Program-made: the position numbers and the translations under genes
NCBI RefSeq assembly: GCF_964204645.1
Contig: NC_134025.1
Coordinates: 17,521,101-17,585,100 of the forward strand
Direction of reading: 5' to 3'
Length of the DNA: 64,000 nt
Origin: Tubulanus polymorphus
Lineage: Eukaryota; Animalia; Nemertea
Part shown: piece after piece, positions 23,805 through 36,300 of the stretch
How the letters are laid out: the number at the start of each line of letters is the position of its first letter
Position numbering within the stretch: position 1 is the stretch's first letter
Notes under the pieces: model-generated
What the model was told of the DNA's origin: nothing
Databases searched by the model: none
What the model saw: only the letters and a program-made list of their open reading frames with translations

Positions 23805-26800
23805 TAAAAGGATCCAAAACTAGTATCTCTGAGGATTTAACCCGCGGCAGAGCTCAATTCCTGAAGTACCTGAACAAACATCAAGCGGTTTCAGCATCAT
23901 GGTCGAATGACGGTAAAATTATGGCCATCATTAACAACATGAAGCACCATCTTAGTGGCTATGCAGATTTTGATGAGATATTGAATCATGTATCCTAGTT
24001 TGATTAATCCTGTCAAATCATAATTCCTTGATAACAATTATTATTTAGCATCTTAAAATTATTTAGGAGGAGCTAATCCTTTCATATGCTCGTGGCTTTA
24101 GTTACTCGGTATGGTTTATTGCTAATAGTATGTGCTGTGATCACATATTTTCTACATCGTCAATTTTTCTTTGTTTTCATTGATTTTTTTGTGTATACAT
24201 ATGCGTACCATGTTCATAATGAGCGAAATTTATTATGTAACGGTGAGTGCCGTCGAAGTATTACTATCACGCTTCAATTTCACTAGCAGATGGCCAGTCA
24301 TGCACATCCTGAGTTTATCGTAGGTTCAAGTAGTAAATATTATAAGGATTTAACGCAATTATCAAAGTTTGGATTATCAAACTTCTCCTTGTTTCATCTA
24401 AATATAAGGAGTTTTAATAAGAATTTTGAGAATTTGCAATCATATTTACACTCCCTCTGTTTCAATTTTGGGATCTTAGCTTTTACTGAAACGTGGACTA
24501 AACTAAACGTGGACATGACAACAAGTCAATGTATAATTTGCCTGATTATGAGTCGATTTTCATAAGTAGACAGGATACACGTGGTGGTGGAATAGCGATG
24601 TTTGTCCACAACACCATTAAATTTAGGATACTGGATGATTTTACATGTGTAAATGACACATTCGAAAGTTTATTTATAGAAATCCAATTACCACATAATA
24701 TGTCAAAACATATTGTTGGCACTATCTATCGACCGCCTGATGCAAGTGTCAATAACTTTAATACTGATTTTCTACCACTCTTAGAAAACTTAACTAGAAC
24801 AGGGCGTAAGTGCTTCATTTTGGGCGATTTCAATATAAATCTTTTCAACGCCGACTCTCATAAACCGACTGGAGATTTTATTTTTAATATGCTTTCAACT
24901 GGTTTTACGAATTTAATAGATAAGTCAACACGAGTAACCGACAGATCTTCTACTCTTATTGACAATATATATTCAAACTGTTATTCTAGTTTCGATGCAA
25001 TTTCAGGGATTCTGATCAATGATATATCTGACCACTTTCCAATTTTTGCAATTATGCCGGAAATCAAAGTCAACCATACATCAACTAGGACAGTTAGTTA
25101 TCGAAAAATGTCAGATCATGATATCGCTTGATTTAAACGAAAGCTAATTGCACATGATTGGACTCATGTGTTTAATATTCATGATGCTAATGTTGCCTAT
25201 AACTCTTTTTATGATGTATTCTATAAATACTACACGGAATGTTTCCCTATAATCAATAGAAAGTTTTAGATATATAGGGACAAGAAACACGGATGGTTTT
25301 CTAACGGTTTATTGATTTCTTTGAAAAAGAAGGATTCTCTTTATAGAAGATACCTGTCTAGTAAACTTCAAACTGATAGAGATATATACAATAGATATAG
25401 AAACGTTTTTAATACTTGTATCAAAAAGGCTAAAACGCTTCACTATAACTCTATGTTAAACAATGCGAGAGATCCCAAGGAAACCTGGAAAATAATTAAT
25501 GACCTAATTAATAGAAAATCATCAAATTCTAAATATCCTGATGTTTTTGAACAGAATGGTGTTATGTACAAAAATAATGTTAGTATAGCCAATGAATTTA
25601 ATAAGTGTTTTGCACAAGCGGGTCCAAATCTAGCCAATGATATTTTACCTACTAACAAAACATTTTTCTCTTTTCTGGGTCCGCCACAACAAAATAATAT
25701 CTTTTTCTCTCCCACAGATTCTTTGGAAATTGAAAATATTGTTTCAAAATTTAAAAATAGTAATAACACTGGTCATGATGGTATCAATCAAAAGATCCTT
25801 AAGAGAGTAATTGACGCTATATCTCGGCCGTTAGCTCATATTTTAAATCTAAGTTTGATTAATGGACAAGTACCTGAATCCTTCAAAACATCTAAGATAT
25901 TACCTTTGTTCAAATCTGGAGATGTTTCACATTTTTCAAACTACAGACCAATATCAATACTCCCATGTATTTCCAAGATCTTAGAAAAAGTAGTTTACAA
26001 AAGAGTTATAAGTTTTTTGGACATCTCCATGTCAATTTGGATTTAGAAAAGACCATTCCACCAACATGGCTATTACTGTTGTCATAGATAAAATTATCAA
26101 TAATTTAGACAATGGCAAATCAACTATAGGAATATTTTTAGACCTTTCGCGTGCATTTGATATAGTTAATCATGAAATTCTATTGTCTAAACTTTGCCAT
26201 TATGGCATCAGAGGTACGCCATTACTCTGGTTTAGAAACTATCTTTCAAACCGTTTTCAGACTGTTCTTTTTAAAGAGACTACTAGCACTAGCTATCCTG
26301 TATTCTGTGGAGTGCCTCAAGGATCTATTTTGGGGCCGATCCTTTTCTTATTATATATAAATGACCTTGCAAACGCATCAAGCATTTTTAATCTTATCAT
26401 GTTTGCTGATGATGCTAATGTATTCACTTCTCATATCAATATTAATGAGTTAACTATAAAAGTAAATACAGAACTACACAAACTGAATATCTGGTTTCGG
26501 GCAAACAGGCTTTCATTGAATTTGAAAAAGACTCATTTCATGTTTTTCAGTCGTGCTAAACATAAACACTCAATTTCTATCAAAATCAACAATATGTCTA
26601 TATCACAAGTCTCGACAACAAAATTTCTAGGCGTTCAAGTTGACGACCAGCTTACTTGGAAGTCACACATTAATAGCATCTGTACTAAACTATCACGGTT
26701 CATTGGTATAATGGGTAGACTTTATGGAATTTTGTCAAAAACAACTTTACTGCAGTTGTATTATTCTTTCATTTATTGCCATCTCACCTATTGTAATATT

Positions 26801-27663
26801 GTATGGGGTAATACTTATCCTTCAAACTTAAGAAAGCTGGAACTTCTCCAGAAGAAAGCGGTCCGCATTATCTTTAAAACCGATTTTAGAGCCCATACCT
26901 CACCATTATTTAAGTCTGCAAAAATTCTTAAATTGGCAGATATAAACAATTTTCAAATTGGACAATTCATGTATCTATATGTCAATAACAAGTTACCTGA
27001 GATGTTCAATAATTTTTTTAAGACGAATGACGTTGGATACAACACTAGAAACAGCAACAACATCCGCCCTGACTCATTCAAATCAAATCTAAAAGGTTTT
27101 TCAATAAAAGTCAACGGTCCAAATATTTGGAATATTATGAATGATTCAATTAAAAACTCCCCTTCTATTGAAAGTTTCAAAAATCGAACAAAAAACCTTT
27201 TGTGATAATTATGTATAAGGTGCAATGACCTTCTCAAATGGTACGTACTTATGCTCATATGATGTATGTATAACCTTGGAATAAACTCCAAGGTATAACT
27301 TTATGTATTTATATGTATACATTTTTGTGTGTGCGTCTACTTGTAAATGCGTGTGAATATATGTGTGTGGTTTTCTTATATGTGGTGGGTGTTTTGGTGT
27401 GTGCGTGTGTGCTGCTTGCTTGCGAGTGTGTGTGCGTGTGTGTGTGTTTGTGTGTATCGTGCGTATTTCATCTCTATTTGTTCCTTTTGGGGTGCCTGAT
27501 ATTACAAGCTCTGCTTTACTCTGGTTGCCCTGCTGTTATTTTACATCAGTTTATATATATTTTGTATGAACCAAATTAATCATCTATTGTAATTTTGTCT
27601 GGTATTTATTTATTGATGTAAATTATTCAGGAAATAAATAAATAATAATAATAAAATAATAAT
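23805..27663 (+). mobile_element. CR1/L2-group non-LTR retrotransposon, 5'-truncated: ORF1 tail, broken ORF2 (APE+RT), TG-rich 3'UTR, (TAA)n tail
   Basis: ORF1 end LKGSKTSISEDLT..WSNDGKI. APE motifs HLNIRS, FTETW, IYRPP, LGDFN, SDHFP. RT motifs NYRPISILP, DLSRAFD, GVPQGSILGP, FADD. Frameshifts/stops near 24530, 25130 and 26020. Confidence 0.93.
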
Positions 27664-28618
27664 GGTTTGGCCAGCTAGACCAAGGAGACTTCAAAATTAT
27701 CGAAAGAAGAAATGTTACGGTTGTGGATTTTTAGTTAACAAAATTAAGTTATATAAAGTTAACAAACAACGAGTCATAAAAGAAATTACTGTCGTGCGAA
27801 ACTGAAAAATTGTTACAACTACGGGAAATGCGGACATAACGCCAGAACGTGCTATATTTTTTGGGAACATCAAGGATGGTTAGCTGGAAAATTTGAAACT
27901 GCAGGAGATAACACAGAATTCAAATACCGATGTTTCAAAGAAAAACGAAAACCGGAATACTTGCGAAACGTCAATTCAGTGTGAAAATGTTTCTGTCTGT
28001 GATAAGAGGATCTCGTGCTTTCCAGAAGAGTCTAATAAGTGTATTCAAACAGTACCGATGAAACATTTCCAACAAATAAAACATAAAGGAACTATGTGGG
28101 ATTTAAACAAGGAGACTCAACCAAAGAAAATATCAACTGCATCTCAGTGTAATTGGAATAGTATAAATCTTTCGATGGTGGCTTCAGATCGAGTTAAGCA
28201 AAGTGAATTTGCAAGCACAGTTGAACCAGATAATACAAACATAGACCAGTCTGTTAAAATTAAAGTGAATGGATTGCCAAATTTTATCATCAGTAAAAGA
28301 AAATACAACCCATTTCGATGCATTAAGGTTGATATGTTACCGCAAAGTGATAGTGTAAAGCAGGAGGTTCTTAGGCGCGTATTTAACCCCGATAAGCTAG
28401 AGTTTCCGGTAGATGTAGATATCAATTCAGATGCTAAGGTTGAATTATTGCGAGAGGCAATTGAGGAAGATATACCTGGAGTTCAACAGGATGATGTTGT
28501 AGTTATATATACTAATCGTGGTGGAAAAGAGTTTATAGTGCCAGATGATATAATAATGGAACAGCTACCTGTGCATCCTGAGGATGACACTATACACTTA
28601 GGATTTTATCTTTTGTAA
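27662..28618 (+). pseudogene. Gag-like double zinc knuckle followed by an ORF ending in a ubiquitin-like domain
   Basis: KCYGCG..SHKRNYCRAKLKNCYNYGKCGHNARTC (frameshifted). ORF 27893..28618 ends VDINSDAKVELLREAIEEDIPGVQQDDVVVIY..GGKE..DDTIHLG. Confidence 0.5.
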
Positions 28619-29098
28619 TAGTAAATTGATTTTGAACTGAGTAGTGCTGCTAAATTCACTTATTATTATCATTTAATCTTTCACATGAGTACTTTGAGAA
28701 TTGACATGTCTTAAGTAATAAATGTATGTTAAGTTGTTTGGGTTGTTTGAGTTGTTTGGACAATTAGTGCCCGTGGTTACTTCTTGTCGTAACATGTCAT
28801 CACTAAAATTGTAAAAATAAGTTTTTGATTCTGACAAAAAAGGCAATGTTGAGATGTAATAGATTTATGGTAGAGAATAAAAACGAAGAAATATGAACAT
28901 TATCAACGTTTAGTTTTGTCTTCTTGGTTGTCGCTGGTTTACTCTGTAGTCCGAGAAAAATGCTGCATGAAATAGATAGCCGACTCTATTATAATCCTCT
29001 TTTATAATCCTCGCAACCGAACAAACTAAGCTCGGCACAAATATAAAATGAATTGCTCGCCATTTTGTGACTTGGCAAAATTACGTAAGAGGTGCCGA

Positions 29099-29630
29099 AA
29101 TTCCCATCCTCCCCCGGGAGGGATTCGAACCTGATGGCATCGAGATTGTCACGGCACGAAACACTGCCATAAACGACCATGTGCGCAGATACATGCGCAG
29201 GTTTACCGTGATGTCATTGTCAGCCAATCAGAAATCATGTTTCATTTGGTCCACACTTCCGCCCGGGTTTTCCCATTTATATGATTTCCGGGTTGTCGAA
29301 GCATGGTTTGTTTGTTCGTTCTCGTGTGCTTTGTTATCAAACAGTTATCAAACACAACATCTGATGACTCGATAAACTTTCCAAACCGAAACTACGACAG
29401 ATTTCTTCAAATATTTGCAGTTCGAATTTACTCAGAGACGAAACGGAATCCATATTTGAATTGATTGCCAAAGCGATTATACAACGAGCAATCTGATTGG
29501 TGCCGCCAGTTTTCGTTCGGATAGTGCGCATGTAACTGCGCACATGGTCGTTTATGGCAGGGGTTCGTGCCGTGGTTGAGTGAAGCGATGCCATCAGGTT
29601 CGAGTCCCTGCAAAGGGAGGATGCGAAATT
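29099..29630. repeat. Foldback/MITE-like inverted repeat (~100-bp arms) containing Pol III B-box-like motifs
   Basis: Arms 29099-29200 and 29525-29630; GGTTCGA(A/G)TCCC in each arm. Confidence 0.7.
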
Positions 29631-31909
29631 CCCGGAAATTCCGAGAATTTCCCGTATTCACGTCGGAAACTCAAATATAGGTCAACACAAGTAACTTATA
29701 GAAAGCGAAGAATTTTCGATGTTTTTCGCGTTTTTCTCGAAAAATATTGCATCATCCGTTCGAAGCTGACCGGCCTGACCTCCGCGCATCAATTCTACTT
29801 GCTTCACGATAAATGACAACTCCGTAAGTATTACCACTAAATTTTGTGCCACGATTTAAAATACTCTTGGCAGACTGCCAACCAACAGCCATAACATAGG
29901 TAAACCAAAAACCGAACAAGAAAAAAAGTGTATGAAGGCCATGGTATCTCCCCACTATCTCAGAAAGTACATGTGCAAAGGAAAATTCGAGGCTACAATG
30001 GACATACGTCGTGTTAATGCAGAAACCAGAAAACGTACAAGGAAGTCTAAATATGCCGAGGATATGGAAAAACGGATATCTGAATTTCTACAGCAGGATG
30101 ATAATAGCAGGGCGACAGCTGGTAAAAAGGAAACTATAACAAAGAAAAAAAAAGAAAAGCAACAGAGGCGATATCTAAAAGATACGCTGAAAAATCTCCA
30201 CTCAAAATTCCTATCTGAGAATCCCGGCATAAAAATTTCGTACACTTTATTTACCCTATTCAGACCATTCTGGGTATTGAAACCTACTGTTCAGAATCGA
30301 CAAGTGTGTCTTAGTAAAATTCACGAGAACATGGGGGACATGTATGAGAAGTTGACATATCTAGGTGTTCTACCGAACACAAAAGATGTTGAAGAGATGT
30401 CCTATACAATACTCTGCAAAAAAAAGAATTAAAGATCGACTGTGTTGATTGCACGTGCAAGGTCAAAGTCAAAGTCGAAGTCAGTCGTAGCAAGTACTTT
30501 TGATGACGATGCAATGACAACGTGGATGTCATGGGAGCCAGATATCCAACCGTCGTATTAAAAAAAAACTAAAAGAGAACGTAGAATATAAGGTCATTGT
30601 AAAACGACAGAAAGCGGGCACTGTCAGGGAATTGTATGATTGTTTCACAAGTCAGCTGCGTCGTTTCGCAAAAGATATATTTAATATTAGAGGTGCATTC
30701 AGAGAGATCAGATCATTACGCCAGAAAGTGTGTGACCATGAGATAATTATACACATGGACTTCTCGGAAAATTGGATCCGTAAATATTATAGTGAAATAA
30801 CTAGCGCACACTTTGGAGCTTCGACGCAACAGGCCTCACTACACGACGGCATAATTTACATGTCTGAAGATGTCATTCCGTTTTGTTCAATATCAAATTC
30901 GACTCAACACGACTCACCAGCAATATGGGCGCACTAAGAACCAGTACTCAGCTTTCTCCGGTTGAAGTACCCCACCAAAACCTCACTACATTGTATTAGT
31001 GACTCTCCAACTTCCCAATACCGTGGGAAAAGAAACTTCTGCCTGCTAGCAAACCTGCCGTTTGAATTTGGTTTCAAACAAATAACGTGGAATTACTTAG
31101 AAGCCGGGCATGGCAAAGGGGCTGCTGATGGAATAGGAGCAAGCGTTAAACAAACGGCAGACAGCATAGTTTCTAATGGGACAGACCTTCCGACTGCGCA
31201 TGATCTATAATGCACTTCCTCAGAAATCAAACATAATGTTTTTCTACGTTGACGAAGATCTTGTGAAGAAATATGAGAAATTAATCCCCGGCGAAATCGA
31301 CACCATACGTGGCACGATGAATATTCATCAGGTAACTATAGAATCTAAGGTTACATTAACCCTAAAGGGCATAAATAGCAGGGACGGCGGTTTCTCAAAC
31401 TCAATTGCGCGGCACACGAACTAACAATTTAAAGCGAAGAACAATTTAAACTGTGGAATTATCATGGAGCATAAAAATTCAACATAATATGTTCTTGTAA
31501 AGTTGAAGCAATGAAACATTTTTTTCATAAATGTACGATTATGTATTTCAGATATTCTCAGCAACAAGACGGGAGCTATCATATCGTCCTGTAAGCTGCT
31601 TCTGTGGAGGAACTTCCAGCTTCTGTGATTGTTTCAAACCGAAGAAAGCTAACTACCCTGCACTGTTGTCTGAAAATCCTGAAGTGATAGCCGATGAAGT
31701 GGAAGATGAAGGGGAAAATAATAATTAATAAAATTAATTTGCCATGATTATGTTTTTATTGAATGTGAATGATCATTAATAGACTCGTTAAAAATTGTTA
31801 TATCATTAAACACCATTTTCCATTTTTAGGCAAACAGCAGTTCAACGCAACAACACGTTACGGAGGCGGACATCGGACTTAATCGTGGACTTAATAACGA
31901 CAACAGAAA

Positions 31910-33536
31910 TAAATTGCCCATGGGCAGTGTGGTTTACCTTGAAAGCTAGAGGTTGTTTGGAGTAAGGGCATTGCTTGAAAAATCTTTTTAATTCGTGACT
32001 TCAAAGTTCCACAGTTTCTATTGTATTTTATCTTTCTTAAAGAATTATTTTGTAGTCAAATAAGACCAAAGATAAACATTTGTTTGCGGTCCACGTCCAA
32101 AATTTTGTAGGGTACAGGTAGGCGCGGCAGGGAAACTATTTTATATTTTCAAAAAAATATGTTTAATATAATATGAAAAAATATTCAAATAAGGCCATCC
32201 CAAAATAATTGTCTGTTTGCTGCAACACCGACTCAACTTTTCAGGATGAGTCGGTAGGTAGGTAGAATTTTCTTTTTGCAAAATTTATGGGCAAAAAAAA
32301 CAAATTTTTCACCTTTGGGCTTTTTTTTTACATGGAAACAATATCGCAAAAATCATCTACGTTGCGCACAGGAAATTTGTCTAATAGCGTAGATATCAAG
32401 AATTATTCTAAAATTATAACTTCGTCCAGAGCGTCATCTCTGTCTTAAAAAAGAAACAGTACATTGAATATGTGCGCACTTTTACGTTACCAGCTATTCA
32501 GTCACTATAGTCACTATTAGAATGAATGGCAGCTTATTGGAACACTGCCAGTTTCCTGGAAACTTAAACTAGGCCACATGTCAAGGCATGTTTTCACACG
32601 ATGTACACTAGAATTCAAACATACGTAGCTCATAGTCGGTCGGCCGTTTTTATCAAAAATAAAATTTATTTCAATGAATCCCAGAAAAAAGTTTTCACTC
32701 GGTACCTCTGAAGTCGGGTTGGTCGGGTTACGGCAAACAGACCATTATTTTGGGATGGCCTAAAATTCATATGATGTCACATATCAGAGGGTGGCTGAAT
32801 ATTGGGTCTATTTTCAATAATATAATATTTTCAGGTCACAAGAAATTACAATTTATTACAAATTCTATCGAACAGAAAACACAGCGCTTATCTTCTGCTA
32901 CGATTATTCAGCCTATTTTCATGTCAAACGTTCACACGTTACAGCATCATCATAGTGAACTGTACGAGCTTGTGTGTGTGTGTGGTCTTGGAGTAATCAG
33001 ACTGAATTACTCCAAGGTGTGGTGTAGCACTCCGCGTGCATGTGGAGGCCTCGTGTAAGTGAATATTCGCTTACACCTCAATGCCAATCAAAACAATCAC
33101 CGGGTATTAAAATGAAACAAGCAACCAGCAAACCTCACCAGCAATGAGTATTTTAATTTGGCCGTATACGGCACCTAGTCCAATGAAACGTACGCCATTC
33201 TATGGCTTTCCCATAATTATTTTAGTAGCGCCGGAATTCCCTGTATATCCCAAAACAGCCAATCCCATTCGCTCGTAGAGACGACGCCCCCCAATCGAGG
33301 TCATTGCAATTATATACGCGAGAGCTAAGAATTTTCCCGCCAAAAACAGTTTTTCGTAGAATTTTAACTCAGTTGACCATGGCATCGACGGAGATTCGCC
33401 ATGTCTTCAATCGCATCGATTATACGTCGTTTAAGCCGAGAACCAATGAAACAAATGCTCATATAAAAAAATGTACCGCGATTTTACATGAATTGGCTCA
33501 ATGCCAACATCATATCGCTGACCAAGGTAAACCAAA
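31910..33536 (-). mobile_element. HINE/Helentron-type element with an internal MITE (32191-32762); second copy at 55129-56643
   Basis: TGGTTTACCTT/AAGGTAAACCA subTIRs and TGCCC-AT-GGGCA stem-loop. Internal TIRs AGGCCATCCCAAAATAAT. Confidence 0.8.
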
Positions 33537-35516
33537 ACTCTTGACTAGTTTTTCTGTTGTTTGGTTTAACTATTAAGTCTGCTGAAACATGATTTTTGAT
33601 AGTGGTCTAGTGGTTATTGACATAATCATTTCTTATTCTAGGTACCATAGAAGAGGTTGACGAAACAGAATTCCAAGTAAATGCTATGCAGCCAGCTGGT
33701 ATCAATAAGTTCGTATGGCCTCAAAGACCTGATATCTGTTGATACGATTTAGACGACTTTGTTCAATACATTAAGCCAGCGGAAGCCATTATGTTCTCGA
33801 AGCCAATGACTGGAATAAGATAGAAGATTTGAATTCATAGACTGTGATGTTGAATGGTGGACTATCGCGCTATATCACTATCTATTAAGCCAGTGTTATT
33901 TTGTTTAGGGCTAAAACTAGGAAATGAATTTAGCTTTATTGATAATGTAGGCCTATTTTTTGTGTGCAGCACGCTGTTATAATGTTTCAAGAGTTTCAAT
34001 TATGTTTTTCCTTGATTGTTATGTTTTAGAATAATGATTGAAAAACCTAGCATAAGTCATATCCTTTGGGAGTTTCAATATCTGTGGCTTAGAAAGATGA
34101 CTTAAGTCTATTGGATATAAAGACATTGTGTCATGCAATGATAAGACTTATGCAAGGTTTAAACAGAAGTTGATATTGTGAAAATTTAATTAGATGTAGT
34201 TATGGAAATAGTCTCTGGGATAACTCCGCGCGATTGACATTGACTAGGGCCCGGTTTTATAGTCTGGTTTTATTTTTAACCAGGGGGTTATCTCAGTTGA
34301 ATTGAGTTAACCCCCGGGTTAAAGTTAATACCAGTCAATAAAACCGGACTCAGGGTATTATTTTGGCGCATAAACTACAATGGTGTTTGTGTTTTTAGAG
34401 TTTTATAAAGATTATTTTGAGTATTAAAAGCAATTTAAACTGTCTCGTATAAAATTGTCATTTCTACAACGACGATGTCAATTCTGCAACATGTATATAT
34501 CTAATATTTCATCGACTAAATTAACATTTTGCAAACCAATTCTACCAGTGTTAACATGAATTGAAGTATATAAAACACTATATCGTGGTATATAAGTTTG
34601 AATTATTAATTGCAAGATAAAATGAATTTGAATTGCTAAATTTTGCATTTGGAAGTTGCAGAATTGACATTCTCCTATGTTTTAAGGTTTTATATATGGT
34701 TTATGACGCCGGAATGTCAAAATGACTGCAATATGATGATAAATTGTAGCTATTATACCCTTTGGAATGCTTGGTCAGAAAAAAACCAAGTCCAATCACT
34801 TTAAAATGAGTTAAAAAATCATGGCAGAATTGACATAACTCAGCAAAAATAGTCCGAAGCAACAAGTTTCCATCAAAAATTCACATAGATATGATCAAAA
34901 ACTGTCTGACTTGATTACTGTTTTTAAATCAGTAATGTATAAGCTGTCTTTTCCATAACTTTTTTTGATCCTACACGTCGGGTCAATTTGCTGATTTTGA
35001 CCTTCCCATTTTGGCCATTTATACTGAAATGACCCATACGGTACGTTAAGATATAAGTTTACGAAAACAGTTCAATAGTGGTGCTTAAAATAGCAAAGGA
35101 TTACATAATATAGGCAAAACCAGGCAAAAACCAGAACAGGCTGGGTTTCTACCCTTTAAAATATGTGCTGATTTCCATATCTGGTTTAGAGTTCACTTAT
35201 ACGATTTGGCTAAGTTGGGGTCAATGATTTAATATATTCAATCTTCCTTTGAGTTTGGTACCAGATTTGGGTTCACAAGTAGATTTTACTAACAATTCAG
35301 TTTAATTATAACATGTACATGCATACTTAATTGTCGTGGTACAGTTTACATCTTTCTACTCATATAAGGTCCAGGTATTTTTTCTATACTTTGGACGGAT
35401 GTGATTCTGATACAGAGACGGGGATATTTGGGGTTGAGATTTTTATATGTTAACTCTATTTTACTCATTTGTCAAACAGAGTCACAATGGGGACGCTATC
35501 AGGTGCATACATGCAA

Positions 35517-36300
35517 CAGGGGTTTGGCGATGGGCTTGGATTTTACTTCCGGGTTGTTGATAATCTCGTGAGAATGGCGCTTAAAATGAACTGCGAATAA
35601 ATTCAAAATATCACGGAAAAACGTTGTGTTTATATTGTTTATTTGTCCGCTGTAAAGTTCCAATAAACAATTGGTCGTTAAGGATCATTATCAGACGGTC
35701 GTTACGCTTTACTATATAAAATCACAAGGGATGAAACGCCTTCAAGTCGTGCCAGCCAGAAAGTTGGGACAGTCACGTGACTTAACGCTTCTTATTTGAC
35801 TGAATGCGAACCTGAAGCATCCATGATGGAAACTATGATACGAAAAATATTTGAGAATAACTTACATTCAAATGCATTTTTTGTCTATGAATTATATATT
35901 TGATCATAATTTATTCTTTATAAGTTATTAATTTCATAATTTCATCATAATCTGACAATTGATATCCGTCTGTGATTACGTCAACTTTTCATGTTGAAGT
36001 TTTAAATGTGATGACATCAGAATGTCACGTGACTGTCCCAACTTTCTGGCTGAAAATTTAAGTACAGCGGAGGCCTGGCGTTTCATCCATTGTAGTTTTA
36101 TATAGTAAAGCGTCACGACCGTCTGATAAATGATCCTTAATGATCAATTGTTTATCGTAACTTTTTAGCGGATAAATCAACAATATAAACACAAGGAATT
36201 TCCGTGATATTTTGAATTTATGCGCAGTTCATATTTAGCGCCATTCCTGCGAGATTATCAACAACCCGGAAATAAAATCAAGCCCATCGCCAAACCCCTG
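35517..36300. mobile_element. Foldback MITE with ~270-bp terminal inverted repeats
   Basis: CAGGGGTTTGGCGATGGGCTTG...GGGACAGTCACGTGAC is mirrored at 36025-36300. No clear TSD. Confidence 0.8.

Larger units (their letters stand above)
19566..28949 (+). mobile_element. Direct-repeat-bounded element (possible non-autonomous LTR element) with a gag-like ORF
   Basis: Direct repeats 19566-19731 and 28694-28949 (the second has ~80 extra bases). Zinc-knuckle ORF remnants at 27662-28618. TG..CA ends, PBS and TSD are not clearly seen. Confidence 0.45.
18147..29908 (-). mobile_element. Helentron-type non-autonomous element inserted in the Sola transposase, itself hosting further TEs
   Basis: GGTTTACCT (18167) / AGGTAAACC (29898) asymmetric inverted repeat, the same ends as the elements at 31910 and 55129. 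Precise removal restores the transposase frame. Confidence 0.7.
17605..33820 (+). pseudogene. Sola-type DDD transposase, fragmented
   Basis: ...FKDRYKSL (18145) rejoins K-TEQEKKCMKAMV (29909) in frame. Motifs HMDFSENW, ISDSPTSQYRGKRN, GHGKGAADGIG, SCFC..CDC, and FVWPQRPDIC near 33700. Many frameshifts. Confidence 0.75.
16373..35035 (+). mobile_element. Sola-type (probably Sola2) DNA transposon, expanded by nested insertions
   Basis: TIRs GGGTCATTTCA(A/G)TATAAATGGCCAA at both ends; 4-bp TSD ATAC (16369-72 and 35036-39); subterminal ATGTCAATTCTGCAAC motifs near both ends. Confidence 0.82.

Noticed and set aside
27313-27579. Cys/Val-rich ORFs
   Set aside because: (TG)n-rich LINE 3'UTR.
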